From an uncultured virus (IMG/VR IMGVR_UViG_3300034072_001506) (lineage: Duplodnaviria > Heunggongvirae > Uroviricota > Caudoviricetes): DNA of 64,000 nucleotides. The notes beneath the pieces were generated by a model. That model saw only the letters and a program-made list of their open reading frames with translations. It was not told where the DNA came from and searched no databases. This document shows, in pieces, positions 48,830 through 58,581 of the stretch. Made by a program: the position numbers and the translations under genes. Numbering within the stretch: position 1 is the first letter of the stretch; each line of letters begins with the position of its first letter. The stretch lies in the IMG/VR virus record IMGVR_UViG_3300034072_001506; one strand, written 5' to 3'.

Positions 48830-49118
48830 AGCGACGGGCCCACTTCTCGCACTTGGCTAGCAGGATCGCGCAGATTTCTTCGTTGGTCGTCTCTGGCCGG
48901 TGGACGAAGATCGCGTCCAGGGCGCAGGCGATGATATCAATGCTCTCGCCCACAACACCATCAGAACCCTCATCAATACCTTGCTCAACCTTGTCGACCT
49001 CTTCGTAGAGCTCAACAAGTTCGCTTTCAGTATGACGAGCAATATCCCTCAGGACTCGACCATTTTGGATCAGCCCTGAGAAATACCGTACGATATCGAT
49101 GGGATCATGTTTGTTCAT
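48792..49118 (-). CDS. MazG-like nucleotide pyrophosphohydrolase
   Basis: HTESELVELYEEV...VVGESIDII acidic helical signature. Confidence 0.6.
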   Translation of the reverse strand: MNKHDPIDIVRYFSGLIQNGRVLRDIARHTESELVELYEEVDKVEQGIDEGSDGVVGESIDIIACALDAIFVHRPETTNEEICAILLAKCEKWARRYGESVDGDRSID

Positions 49119-49154
49119 ACCATAAAGTAGCATGAACAGGAAGAGTGTCAATTA

Positions 49155-49463
49155 CTAAAAGCGACCTGCTGCCTCATCCTTGAAGGCGCGGACGATGGCC
49201 AAAAACAGCGCTCGATTCAGTTCGACTTCAAAATCGAACGGGGCCAAGTTGTTATAGCTAGTCGACCGACGAGTGAACCTGATCTTACCGTTCCGAGCAT
49301 GGGCTTTTCCTACCCAGCTGAAAAGCTGATTGCGATTGGGTCCCTGTGCCACCGTAACGATGACTTCTTTGCCCTTGATAACTTCACCAAAGGTGACATC
49401 ACCTTCCTGGAAAACTTTGGTTTCAAAGGTTTCGAGCAATGTCTTGGCGTGCTTCATGGTCAT
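49155..49463 (-). CDS. Hypothetical early protein
   Basis: Behind promoter cassette. Confidence 0.55.
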   Translation of the reverse strand: MTMKHAKTLLETFETKVFQEGDVTFGEVIKGKEVIVTVAQGPNRNQLFSWVGKAHARNGKIRFTRRSTSYNNLAPFDFEVELNRALFLAIVRAFKDEAAGRF

Positions 49464-49481
49464 TGGGATCTCCTGTTCTGC

Positions 49482-49525
49482 TCCGATACACCAATCATAA
49501 CAGAACAGGAGATCTAGTCAACCAG
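49482..49525 (-). promoter_or_regulatory. Early promoter cassette
   Basis: CTGGTTGAC-N15-GTTATGAT. Confidence 0.65.
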
Positions 49526-49527
49526 TT

Positions 49528-49815
49528 TTAGGAGGCGCGCGACGCGATCCGCCACACAGTGTTGCGGCTCAGACCGAGAACTTCAGCCAGGGTGCGGTAA
49601 TCCTTGGCCATGTTTTCGTTGACCGCCTGGTCACGAAGTGACCGACTACCACACACCCCCAGCTTGGAGGAGCGAGTTTTACCAGTCAGGCTATGCCCAC
49701 CGTTGGCGCTCGTCAGTCGGTTATACACCGTCTTCTGCGGGAGACCATACCGCTCTGCCAGTTCCTTGATGGAAGCACCGTTGCGGTATTCTGCGAGGGC
49801 GATCTTGGCGTTCAT
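49528..49815 (-). CDS. Double HTH DNA-binding protein
   Basis: SIKELAERYGLPQKTVYNRL and YRTLAEVLGLSRNTVWRI. Confidence 0.75.
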   Translation of the reverse strand: MNAKIALAEYRNGASIKELAERYGLPQKTVYNRLTSANGGHSLTGKTRSSKLGVCGSRSLRDQAVNENMAKDYRTLAEVLGLSRNTVWRIASRAS

Positions 49816-49834
49816 CTGTATATCTCCTGGTTGT

Positions 49835-49878
49835 TGCCTATGTCTTTGGTTTTAACAACCTGAGATTGTGAGTCAACA
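49835..49878 (-). promoter_or_regulatory. Early promoter cassette
   Basis: TTGAC-N15-GTTAAAAC...TAGGCA. Confidence 0.6.
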
Positions 49879-49889
49879 CCAAAAGCTTA

Positions 49890-50195
49890 TCAATCCATCC
49901 AGAGATAGCCGTTGGGAACCGCAATAGCATTCTCAGAATCAGGACGATCTTCATCATCGTCCATGTGCTGATCATACTCGTCCTCTTGGATCACACGAAA
50001 CCCTGGCAGGTCCGAGTCATAATCCTCGGGGCAGAAATATGCGTCCCAGTTGCCCAGAAAATGTCCGTTATCGTAAATGTCAAGCGCGATTTCATTGCGC
50101 AAACCCGAATAGTCTCCATGACCGTTGTCAGCTAGACGTTTGATCAGCTCATCCGCATAACGCAGGGTTTCTTCAGATGCCTCTTCAATGAACAT
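49890..50195 (-). CDS. Highly acidic hypothetical protein
   Basis: ~28 D/E vs ~6 K/R in 101 aa (hand count). Confidence 0.6.
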   Translation of the reverse strand: MFIEEASEETLRYADELIKRLADNGHGDYSGLRNEIALDIYDNGHFLGNWDAYFCPEDYDSDLPGFRVIQEDEYDQHMDDDEDRPDSENAIAVPNGYLWMD

Positions 50196-50250
50196 TTCAA
50201 ACTCCGAATTATATTGACAGATATCGTAGTGACATTGTTATCTTCAGTCT

Positions 50251-50757
50251 ATGAAAGAATGTACTAAATGTCACCAGACAAAGTCAATGTCTGAATTTTA
50301 TAAATCAAAGCTAACCCAGTCTGGCATTGCTTCTTGGTGCAAGACTTGCACCAAACAGGCAGCCAAATCTGGTTTCAAAGATTGGAAACTTAGGAAGTAT
50401 TATGGCATAACAGCTGAGCAATTCAGGACTATTCATGATTCACAAAAAGGTCTTTGTGCTATCTGCAATAGGCCCAATGTAACTGACAAGCAGGCACTAA
50501 GCGTTGATCATTGTCACAAAACTTTGAAGATTCGAGGATTATTGTGTGCGAATTGTAATCGAGGACTTGGGTTGTTTCAAGATAATCCCATGTTGATGGA
50601 ACGCGCGGCAGATTATATCAAGAATCCACCAGTCTCAGATTTGTCCTTTTCAGAACCCCGACCCATAAAAAGAGACGACGCACAAATGATGTTCGACTTT
50701 ATGCTTTCGAAGCAAAATCAGGGTCGAGTGTCAAAAGCGGATGGCCCAAGTTCCTGA
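50251..50757 (+). CDS. Endonuclease VII-family (His-Me finger) free-standing endonuclease
   Basis: QKGLCAIC...LSVDHCH....IRGLLCANCNRGLG; N-term CTKC..CKTC. Confidence 0.85.
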   Translation: MKECTKCHQTKSMSEFYKSKLTQSGIASWCKTCTKQAAKSGFKDWKLRKYYGITAEQFRTIHDSQKGLCAICNRPNVTDKQALSVDHCHKTLKIRGLLCANCNRGLGLFQDNPMLMERAADYIKNPPVSDLSFSEPRPIKRDDAQMMFDFMLSKQNQGRVSKADGPSS

Positions 50758-51235
50758 CATATTCGTCATTCCGACATTCAGAATTAATCAATTCTGAACA
50801 CGTCTTACAGTAGTAGGCTTGGGTAGAGTGGTTATACCAATAGGCTCCCGGAGCCTGACAGGCCGAGCGATTACACCGCTGTCCCTTTTCGCCCTTTCCA
50901 GGCAGGTCTTCTTTGGTGATCTGCAGGTTATCCATATAGGCTTTGCTCATCCTGACGCCGTTGCGGTCGATGTAGCTGCCGTCCTCCTGGTAACCTTCCT
51001 TGATCTTGCCCGTAGCGCCAGCAATGTGTTCAGCGGCCTGTGCCGACCGATTGGAAACGATGGGGCGGGCTTGATTCTGAGCCGACGTAGTAGCACGGCC
51101 ATTGGAGCCCGGCATGAGACTTTTGAAGCGAGCCGTTGCTTCACGCTTTTCCTGGCGTTCCAGCTTCATTTGTTTGAAGCTCTTGTTTCTGAAGTTCTTG
51201 GAAAGCTTGCCCACGGGTATTCTCCTTTGATCCAC
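50699..51235 (-). CDS. Hypothetical protein with Cys cluster
   Basis: CNRSAC...YYCKTC; promoter at 51241-51272. Confidence 0.55.
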   Translation of the reverse strand: MDQRRIPVGKLSKNFRNKSFKQMKLERQEKREATARFKSLMPGSNGRATTSAQNQARPIVSNRSAQAAEHIAGATGKIKEGYQEDGSYIDRNGVRMSKAYMDNLQITKEDLPGKGEKGQRCNRSACQAPGAYWYNHSTQAYYCKTCSELINSECRNDEYVRNLGHPLLTLDPDFASKA

Positions 51236-51275
51236 GTCACCAGATTAACAGTATTATGGCGTTCGTCAACCACTT

Positions 51276-51611
51276 TTAGGTGCTGCTGAGCTCATAAGCG
51301 TAGCGACGTCCTGCCTTGATAACGATGATTGCCTGAATGCGTTCCATCTCAGGATCCCAAAAGAGAATCGAACCAGCGTCGGCCTGATGTATGGGCCGTT
51401 CTTCGCCGTTGGGATTGCGACATTGGCGACCCAGGTCTCCCTCAGTCTGGAAGTAGAATGTTTCCGTCGTCTGATGGGGCTTTGCGTTATTGAAAACCTC
51501 CAGATCGGCAACATTCACACGATCATAAGCATAAGCGTAGTGGGTTTCGTTGCTTTCCCTGACAATCTCCGTGTCAAGGACAGGAAGGGTTGCTACGTCG
51601 ATCTTCTTCAT
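51276..51611 (-). CDS. Hypothetical early protein
   Basis: Behind promoter cassette 51626-51668. Confidence 0.55.
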   Translation of the reverse strand: MKKIDVATLPVLDTEIVRESNETHYAYAYDRVNVADLEVFNNAKPHQTTETFYFQTEGDLGRQCRNPNGEERPIHQADAGSILFWDPEMERIQAIIVIKAGRRYAYELSST

Positions 51612-51719
51612 TTTTCTTCCTTATTTGCCTATAACCTGTTTTTATACTCAAATTGGTCATCGTCAACCTATTATTGATATTAATGAATCCTTTCCCTATA
51701 ATGGGATCGAGGAGATTTT

Positions 51720-52037
51720 ATGGCTGATACTACCGCAAATGACCAGGCATTTATCAAAATATCAAAAGAGCTTCATTGCCTGCGTAATGATCTAGCCGCC
51801 TTGTCTGCTGTCCAGTATACCAATTTAAGGAATACGTCGCTAAAGGGCCTTAGAACCGATGCGGTTCATAGTGAAAATTACAAGGGGCTAGGGAAGATTA
51901 TTGAGCTTATGAGCAGTGAAGTCAAAATGCGAGAAGCTCTTGAGCAATTGAGAGAGCGAATCCATAAACTAGAAGACCTCTCAGACGTTTACATGAGAGG
52001 CGGCGACATAGTGGCCGCTAGATTAGCTCAAGAATGA
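51720..52037 (+). CDS. Hypothetical helical protein
   Basis: GAGGAG RBS. Confidence 0.5.
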   Translation: MADTTANDQAFIKISKELHCLRNDLAALSAVQYTNLRNTSLKGLRTDAVHSENYKGLGKIIELMSSEVKMREALEQLRERIHKLEDLSDVYMRGGDIVAARLAQE

Positions 52038-52343
52038 TCAGAACTCGGCCAGATGCGCGAACTTGCCTCTGGGGTTCATGATATTGTTGTATCGGTCCTT
52101 ACAGCGATAGGACTTCCGCTTGCCCTTGATAATAGGAGGGCAGAACTTTTGCTGGTAGGTCTTCTTGACGATCTTGCGACCGCAGCAAGCGCACTCAATT
52201 GTGGCTCCTACTTCCGCACGACCATTCTCGTGGAATCGGTCGTTCATCCTGCTCCGCTCCTTGTCACGTCGAGCGAGCTCCATCTCACGGATTTCATCCG
52301 CAAAGTCGTAGGAATCATCCAAGTGTTCGGCCATCTCACCCAT
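52038..52343 (-). CDS. Hypothetical Cys-containing protein
   Basis: CACC...KFC...CKDRY. Confidence 0.55.
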   Translation of the reverse strand: MGEMAEHLDDSYDFADEIREMELARRDKERSRMNDRFHENGRAEVGATIECACCGRKIVKKTYQQKFCPPIIKGKRKSYRCKDRYNNIMNPRGKFAHLAEF

Positions 52344-52542
52344 TGGCGATTTCCCTTGCCATCTGCGCTGCTGCGAGCTTGCGCTGGGCCTCGCGGATCA
52401 TCTCCGCAGGCGCACCCATTGCCTTCATGGTTTCGATGACCTTGGCAGCAGCCTCAAGGCGATCCTCACCGGCTTTGATATCAGCCAGTTCTCCAGCAAA
52501 TGTCTTCGACTCGTTCTGGGTTACCTTACGTGACATTGCCAT
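52336..52542 (-). CDS. Hypothetical early protein
   Basis: Behind promoter cassette. Confidence 0.55.
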   Translation of the reverse strand: MAMSRKVTQNESKTFAGELADIKAGEDRLEAAAKVIETMKAMGAPAEMIREAQRKLAAAQMAREIANG

Positions 52543-52553
52543 TCCCTCTTTGC

Positions 52554-52596
52554 TGCCTACTCACCTGTTCTAGCAGAAACAGGACAGTAGTCAACC
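52554..52596 (-). promoter_or_regulatory. Early promoter cassette with hairpin
   Basis: TTGAC-N15-GCTAGAAC; CCTGTT..AACAGG; TAGGCAG. Confidence 0.7.
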
Positions 52597-52598
52597 GA

Positions 52599-52991
52599 TC
52601 AGAAGCCTTCCAGATCAATTTGTGTGACGCGATGGCTGAACTTGGCCCGCAGTGTGGGACCCATGCGATCCCAAAAACTCACGTGGTTTCCGTCAGCCTT
52701 GCACCATTGCTTGGTGGGAAAGATGAGAATATTGCGGAATCTCAAACTGTCCATTTGGGCAATAAAGCTGGTGAATTCAACGTGGCTCAGATTTTCCACA
52801 CCAGTGACCACAGTGGCCATCTTGTCATCAAAAACCGCATCACTGCGAGAATCCTCAACACGATGCTCGCAGTTTTGTGACGACAGTAAGTCACTGATTT
52901 CTTGAGGAGATGCGTGAATGATCTCAATCTTCATCGCATGACCACTGCAGGTCTTACAGATCTTTGCCAGTGCTTCAGCGTTGACTTTCAT
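52599..52991 (-). CDS. Hypothetical protein
   Basis: 130 aa ORF. Confidence 0.5.
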   Translation of the reverse strand: MKVNAEALAKICKTCSGHAMKIEIIHASPQEISDLLSSQNCEHRVEDSRSDAVFDDKMATVVTGVENLSHVEFTSFIAQMDSLRFRNILIFPTKQWCKADGNHVSFWDRMGPTLRAKFSHRVTQIDLEGF

Positions 52992-53003
52992 GATTCATTT
53001 GCC

Positions 53004-53354
53004 CTAGCAAAATTCACCGGCATAGAAATGGAACCCATCATCGATCCATTCATTGCCTTTGATAGCTCTCTGGGTCCTGGGCGGAAGCCCATCCTTACCC
53101 ACGGTATTGCGGGTTTGACCAACCATGGTCCAGAACTCCTCGGAGGTGTACGGGACCCCATATTCGTTGACGATCTCCATGTTGGGCGTCATCATGGACA
53201 ACACATTCTTCCAGATGTCGACAGTCTTGAAGTTCTCGCCCTGGAAGGAAAAGGTCCAATCATAGGAAGCCTTGCCAATGTGAACATCGTTGGATACCTT
53301 GCGACCAGTGGTGGAATCGATCGAAGTTTCCCGAAGGTAAAAGTTGGTTCCCAT
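53004..53354 (-). CDS. Hypothetical phage protein (MGTNFY...HIGKAS..W.F.F)
   Basis: Behind promoter cassette 53371-53414, AGGAGA RBS. Confidence 0.6.
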   Translation of the reverse strand: MGTNFYLRETSIDSTTGRKVSNDVHIGKASYDWTFSFQGENFKTVDIWKNVLSMMTPNMEIVNEYGVPYTSEEFWTMVGQTRNTVGKDGLPPRTQRAIKGNEWIDDGFHFYAGEFC

Positions 53355-53437
53355 CGTTGGATCTCCTTGTTGCCTATAATCTGGTGATAGCATGGAATCC
53401 TTTTGAGTCAACCAATTCTTACTCTGGTTTCTGTGAA

Positions 53438-53612
53438 AGCTTCCATATAATAAAAGCTACTATGGTTCACAACTAAATGAACAACGCTGATTTGCAGGTT
53501 ACCAGACGCTACCCGCCAGCGGGTAGACCCTGATAACATGAATAGCAGAGATATTCAATTAAGAAGTGACACATAGGCGCGCTGGCTCTCCTGTATCCTC
53601 AGGAGAGCAGCG
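53438..53612 (-). ncRNA. Structured intergenic RNA or terminator cluster
   Basis: Four to five adjacent hairpins, G-U pairs favour minus strand. Confidence 0.35.
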
Positions 53613-53622
53613 AAGCTGAAGT

Positions 53623-54189
53623 TTAGTCAGAGGGCAACGTGCGACCCACATAGGACAGGGGCATCAGTAGATGCTCCGTTGGATCCAGCAGCGTCTCTGG
53701 GCGCTCGTTGACCCATTCCACCACATCCTTGGTACCAGGCTTATGGAGTTCCAAATGAAGCATCGACTGTGGGCGACCCTTGTCCTCGATCAACACAGGG
53801 GTCACATGCCCAATTATTTCACCAGCTTCGATACGGTCACCGGGCCAATAGTCATAAAGAGGATTGATCTCACCATATACTACCACCCCACTTTCGCCCT
53901 CAAGCAATACCGCCCAGGTATTATGCCACCAGGGGCTAGGAGGGGTTGCGTGGGCTCCTGTAAAGGGGACAACTGCCACGACCACACTGAATTCGACCGC
54001 GGCCACAGGTGTGCCCTCTGGGCAGTATAGATCAACTCCCTCATGATAATGATGTTTGCGCTTATAGCCAAACGACCCAGGATGATCAGGCCCCACAGGA
54101 ACGCCAGTGTTACCTGGCTCAAAGGTGCGAAAATCCTCACTACCAAGACTGGGGTGAAGATTCATGGAAGGAAGAGGATTATACCACAT
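53623..54189 (-). CDS. M23 family peptidase
   Basis: HEGVDLYCPEGTPVAA...VYGEI...GEIIG...LHLEL. Confidence 0.85.
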   Translation of the reverse strand: MWYNPLPSMNLHPSLGSEDFRTFEPGNTGVPVGPDHPGSFGYKRKHHYHEGVDLYCPEGTPVAAVEFSVVVAVVPFTGAHATPPSPWWHNTWAVLLEGESGVVVYGEINPLYDYWPGDRIEAGEIIGHVTPVLIEDKGRPQSMLHLELHKPGTKDVVEWVNERPETLLDPTEHLLMPLSYVGRTLPSD

Positions 54190-54225
54190 GCCTCCCACTA
54201 GTTGGGTTCTCTCTTTAAGTCAAGA

Positions 54226-54253
54226 CAATGGGCGCTATTTCTAGCGCCCATTG
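54226..54253. terminator. Hairpin
   Basis: CAATGGGCGCTA-tttc-TAGCGCCCATTG. Confidence 0.7.
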
Positions 54254-54403
54254 GGTTGGAGTGATTCTATTCCTAAGCTCTATAATATCCGATCTCAAAG
54301 TTTGCTACGCTACGGCCAGTTCATATTTTAATAACCCTTGTTGTGATTTCTAAATCAACGTCTACACCCTGGAGACTAGCAGGTTACACCAGGGCGTCAA
54401 CCG

Positions 54404-54778
54404 TTACTTGGAAGAAATGCTGCCGCCGCTCTGCTTGCCGTCGGTGGCCGACCGCGAAGCGTTGTAGAATGCCACCTCATCAGCAGTGGCAGCGCGCAGG
54501 GCGATCCAGCCATGCTTGCCAGTGACCGTGAGGAACTGAAGACCGTCGCCGACATTGGCGGCTTCGGCAACTTCCGAGGGAATGGTAAAGCGGAGCGCGC
54601 GGACTGCCTGCTTCTTGATGCGCAGTTCAGCGAGCATCTCACCCTTGGGGAGGCCCACAGCCGACTTGCGATCGGTGGGACGAACCTGCAGGGTGCCGTC
54701 CAGAACCCGGATGCGAACCTTGGTAGCTTCGCCCATGAGAGCCGAAGCGTTCTTGTTGAGATTTACAGTCTTGCCCAT
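54404..54778 (-). CDS. Early basic beta-rich protein, paralogue of 41293-41613
   Basis: NLNKNA...ATKVRIRVLDGTLQVRPTDR...LPKGEML...GWIAL. Confidence 0.7.
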   Translation of the reverse strand: MGKTVNLNKNASALMGEATKVRIRVLDGTLQVRPTDRKSAVGLPKGEMLAELRIKKQAVRALRFTIPSEVAEAANVGDGLQFLTVTGKHGWIALRAATADEVAFYNASRSATDGKQSGGSISSK

Positions 54779-54794
54779 TTTCGATCTCCTTGTC

Positions 54795-54838
54795 TGCCTA
54801 TTCACCAGTTCTAGCAGAACTGGTGAGGATGTCAACCA
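54795..54838 (-). promoter_or_regulatory. Early promoter cassette with perfect 11-bp hairpin over the -10
   Basis: TCACCAGTTCT-gct-AGAACTGGTGA; TAGGCAG; AGGAGATCG. Confidence 0.75.
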
Positions 54839-55119
54839 AGTTTTCGAGCAAGCCAGGGTGAAATGCGACGACCAGCTTTGCCCACGGGAATCATACCGCC
54901 CCATTCGACCTTGCCAAAAGAGTCAATGGTCCGAGGATCCTGTCCATACCACATGCCGCGAAAGCCCACACGCTGCGGACGGCGGCTCTTTGTCTGCATG
55001 GGGCACGAGGTGCGGTCGATCTGTCCGACGACAACCAGTGTGCCGCTGCGACATTCCCGACCCGGTCTGAACAGACGAGCAAGCTGGACGGTCGCGGGTA
55101 TTGTCTTTGTGTGTTTCAT
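54832..55119 (-). CDS. Hypothetical basic early protein
   Basis: Behind promoter 55140-55172. Confidence 0.5.
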   Translation of the reverse strand: MKHTKTIPATVQLARLFRPGRECRSGTLVVVGQIDRTSCPMQTKSRRPQRVGFRGMWYGQDPRTIDSFGKVEWGGMIPVGKAGRRISPWLARKLG

Positions 55120-55173
55120 ATCATTCTCCTTTCTGGATTCAGGTATAACACCAGAAATCTAGGAGTCAACTGA

Positions 55174-55698
55174 TTACCAGAACCGCCTTTTATCGTAAAA
55201 TCTTTTGGGATCAGTCAACCGAATGGTCTCGCGAGTCTCGCCCTCATTGAGGCGCTCATAGCTTTCGCAGACATATTGAGGGTTCATCGACACTGGAACG
55301 ATCGGTGTTGAAACCTTGTCCATGCCACAATCTCGATACTGATGCCGAAGTTCGTTGTTATAGCGATCTCGCCATGTTCCGTCGGGCATTTGATACATCA
55401 TTGCGGCACAAAGACTTCTGCCCTTTTTATCCACTCCAACACAATTAAAACAGGTTTCACACAATTTCTTTCGTGCCGGTCCTCGATAGACCGTTTGAAA
55501 GCAACGGCAGGCCTCACACCAAAGTGTGGATTCACGTGGGTAACCAGTCTGCATTGCCTGATTGCAGACTTTACAGCGTGGCTCAAACGGTTCGGACAGG
55601 GAGTTGGGCAAAGGCCTATCGCTTGTGACCATAAGATCCTCCCGTTGTCGGCGGCGTTCTAGCCGCCTTTTACGACTTCTCCTTCCCCGCAGTGTCAT
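55174..55698 (-). CDS. Cys-rich (zinc-binding) hypothetical protein
   Basis: CKVC, CEAC, CETCFNC. Confidence 0.55.
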   Translation of the reverse strand: MTLRGRRSRKRRLERRRQREDLMVTSDRPLPNSLSEPFEPRCKVCNQAMQTGYPRESTLWCEACRCFQTVYRGPARKKLCETCFNCVGVDKKGRSLCAAMMYQMPDGTWRDRYNNELRHQYRDCGMDKVSTPIVPVSMNPQYVCESYERLNEGETRETIRLTDPKRFYDKRRFW

Positions 55699-55976
55699 CA
55701 GTCGTTGAAAATCATGATCTGCGGGCCGCCCAGTGCGCGCCCAAAGTTATCGACCTGACGGAACATCCAAGCCTCGATATCGCCGGGCTCGTGATGGGCT
55801 TCTTCGCGAATCACATCGAACAGGCAAAACTTGCGAGTTTCGCGCTTGCCGACGACTTCAAAGGTTTCATAACGGAGCAGGCGATTGATGTCGATCTTGA
55901 CCGACAAACACGAAGCTTCCGAGCTCAGGACCTGCGTTGCCTTGTTCCAAGTGAAGTCATCGATCGAAAGCTTCAT
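55698..55976 (-). CDS. Hypothetical early protein
   Basis: Behind promoter cassette. Confidence 0.55.
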   Translation of the reverse strand: MKLSIDDFTWNKATQVLSSEASCLSVKIDINRLLRYETFEVVGKRETRKFCLFDVIREEAHHEPGDIEAWMFRQVDNFGRALGGPQIMIFND

Positions 55977-55991
55977 AACGTCTCCTGTTCT

Positions 55992-56036
55992 TGCCTACTC
56001 ACCTGTTCTAGCAAAAACAGGAAACGAGTCAACCAG
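55992..56036 (-). promoter_or_regulatory. Early promoter cassette with hairpin
   Basis: CTGGTTGAC-N15-GCTAGAAC; CCTGTT..AACAGG; TAGGCA. Confidence 0.7.
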
Positions 56037-57659
56037 TTTTTGGACCAACTGCCCTTGACAACAGATCGTTGATGTTGACCTTGGAGATAGCCTTTGGCTG
56101 AATCTGGCTGGGGGTTGATTCAACGTTTTCAATCCAAGCATCCAGGCCATCGACAGTTTCTAGTGTATCACCAAGCTGCTGACAGGTTTGTTCGGCTTCT
56201 AGCATCCATTCGGCTACCTGTGATAGATGGTAGCTATTCATGTATCGCTGTGATGAATCCGTGACCCCAGGACAATTGATTTTACCGTCCTTGATCTGGA
56301 TTCTGAACATCACGTTTTCGAGGCGTCTGTCACCAAACGAATATCCGTTCAGCAGAGCCTCTTCAACTGGACCGTCATCGGTCATGATAACTAAAGTCAT
56401 CCTACTACTCCAAAACTAATTGGCCGCTTTCTACTAAGAGCATGAATGCCGGCTGTGGTCAAGTAGTAACTGGTCCCAGAGGGCTTCATAAAGCCCCGCC
56501 CAGCGAGGCTTCTACAGATGACGTGCTCAGGTGTATTTGTTGGCGTGAAGGTGTTCTGTGTTGCGGATTTCTTCTTGCGAAGACCCAATGTAATCTCGCA
56601 AATTTCCTGCTCGATCTTAGTCAAGGGTAGCCGTCTTGACGCTCGCTTTGTGGAAACCCTTGAGGCTTCGCCGATGACTTTGTAAATTTCTTCGCCGGCT
56701 TTGATATTTTGATCCCGGCACCACCCTACCATCTGCGCTTTGGTCTGACAACCATGACCGATGACGGGCGACCACTTACCGTTAATTTGTCGCCCGACTG
56801 TTGGCTTCGAGGGCTTCGATGTCGTCAAGTCCTTCAAGGAGCCAAACGAGGGTAAGTTCGTGATCTCCGCGATGGACCTGCTGGTGCTCATATAAAACAT
56901 CCTCGATCGGGTAGAGCGATTGATTGTTATTCAAAAAGTTTCGCACGGAGGGCGGTAGCTGATCGAACGCTGCCATGTCAATAGCACGGCCCTCCTGCCA
57001 GAGGTTGCAGGTTCCCGTCTGGAGAGCAGGAGCGTCAATGCTCATCATTCTCATCGGAAGGTGAACTCTCCAATTTGCTGCTTGAGCTGCTGGATCCCCT
57101 GTTTGGTCAACTTCCAGCCATTGCCGACCACTTCCACATGGCCCTTTTCCTGCAGTGAGAGGATCAGCGGACGGTCCCTGAGGAGACGACGTTCCCAGTA
57201 GTTTTTGGGAGCGGTAAAGCGAGTGCCGCGAAGCCCAATGATTCGACGGGCCAACTTGACCTCTTCGCCATTCATAGTCCGGTTCATGCGCGGTCTCCTC
57301 GCAGGTCGCTGGCATTGATTCCGGCACCATAACGAACCCGCATGGCCCAGTTGCCAACTTGCTTGAAAAAGCTGATGTTGTGGTTGAGGGCATGACGCAG
57401 CTTGCGGCGATCCAAGGACCGCGCCCGACGCTTGCTTCCAGAACGTTTGTTAGCCATTGTGTTCGACCTCATAATACTTGCTAATCGCAAAGCCATTGGA
57501 AGAGGCAGTGATGGTAGCACTGTGGTCCAGGTGTGTGTTCTTCCGATCAGAAAAATACCAATATTCCCTGTCCATAAAGGGAGAGGAAAAATGGTAAGCA
57601 AGACCATCTGCTGTTAGCAAAGCCTGTGCTTCTTCGCGTGTATCAACAAAAACAACCAT
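56029..57659 (-). other. Run of small hypothetical early genes (56029-56400, 56397-~56732, 56782-57054, 57051-57287, 57284-57457, 57450-57659)
   Basis: Coupled minus-strand ORFs downstream of promoter 57675-57720. Confidence 0.5.
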
Positions 57660-57674
57660 TACCGATCTCCTCCT

Positions 57675-57720
57675 CTGCCTATATTCTGGTGATAGCATCG
57701 CACCAAAATAAGTCAACCAG
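57675..57720 (-). promoter_or_regulatory. Early promoter cassette
   Basis: CTGGTTGAC-N15-GCTATCAC...TAGGCAG..AGGAGATCG. Confidence 0.7.
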
Positions 57721-57897
57721 AATTAGACAAAGATCGCGAGACCACCCAGAACTGTGGCGGATATCATGAGACCAAGCGAAACACGGCCCCAGAAAGCCTC
57801 TTCAGCGTAACCCGAAAAAGGCATATGACCGCTGGCATGTTCAGCAGCCATATAGCCCCCAATCAAAGCCAAAATTGCCAAAGCGGCGAGGATTCCA

Positions 57898-58581
57898 TTA
57901 ACCATGTGCGATCTTTGCCAAGAGGACTTGATCCAGGAGATCGCGCTCTTTGTCAATGACTATGACGTCACAGGACGAGACAGTGGGGCTAAGGTTAGTT
58001 TCGTTCTTGGTCTGACTTCTACGAGTCTTGAAGGTTTTGATCTTGATGGTCCCGGCGGGTGTGATGGCCGTGATGTGGCCAAAGCGAGTGCTTATGTTCC
58101 CGCTGATACCAACCGGAGCCATGACCAACTGTCCCACCTCGAGCTTGACGCCAAAATGGTCAAAGATTACCTTGGGTTCAACCTTTTCTCTCTTGGTGGT
58201 TGTGAAAACCCACTTTGTGGAATCTAGATTGAAGTGGACAATGCCCTTGATGCCGTCACCGTAACGGATAGCACCAACAATCACATTGTCGCGGTCATCA
58301 AATACCAGCTTGATGTCTGTGTTTGCGGTGAGGATATCACCCCCAACCGTGCGATTCGTTTGATACAGGTCTGCCATTTCCTTGGCGCTGATATCCCACC
58401 TGGCGATTGTTCCTGCCCGAGCACCATGAGTGAATTCAACATGAATGAACTTTCCAGCCTCCAGGTGTTCAACGATCTTTTTGATCAGATGAGCTTGTTG
58501 GTGACATTCGGATGCGATATAAGGGAAAACGGAATTGAAAGTTTTCCCTTCATAATCCCGGTTGTTGACGATGAAGCTCAT
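57898..58581 (-). CDS. Hypothetical protein
   Basis: 227 aa coupled ORF. Confidence 0.6.
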   Translation of the reverse strand: MSFIVNNRDYEGKTFNSVFPYIASECHQQAHLIKKIVEHLEAGKFIHVEFTHGARAGTIARWDISAKEMADLYQTNRTVGGDILTANTDIKLVFDDRDNVIVGAIRYGDGIKGIVHFNLDSTKWVFTTTKREKVEPKVIFDHFGVKLEVGQLVMAPVGISGNISTRFGHITAITPAGTIKIKTFKTRRSQTKNETNLSPTVSSCDVIVIDKERDLLDQVLLAKIAHG

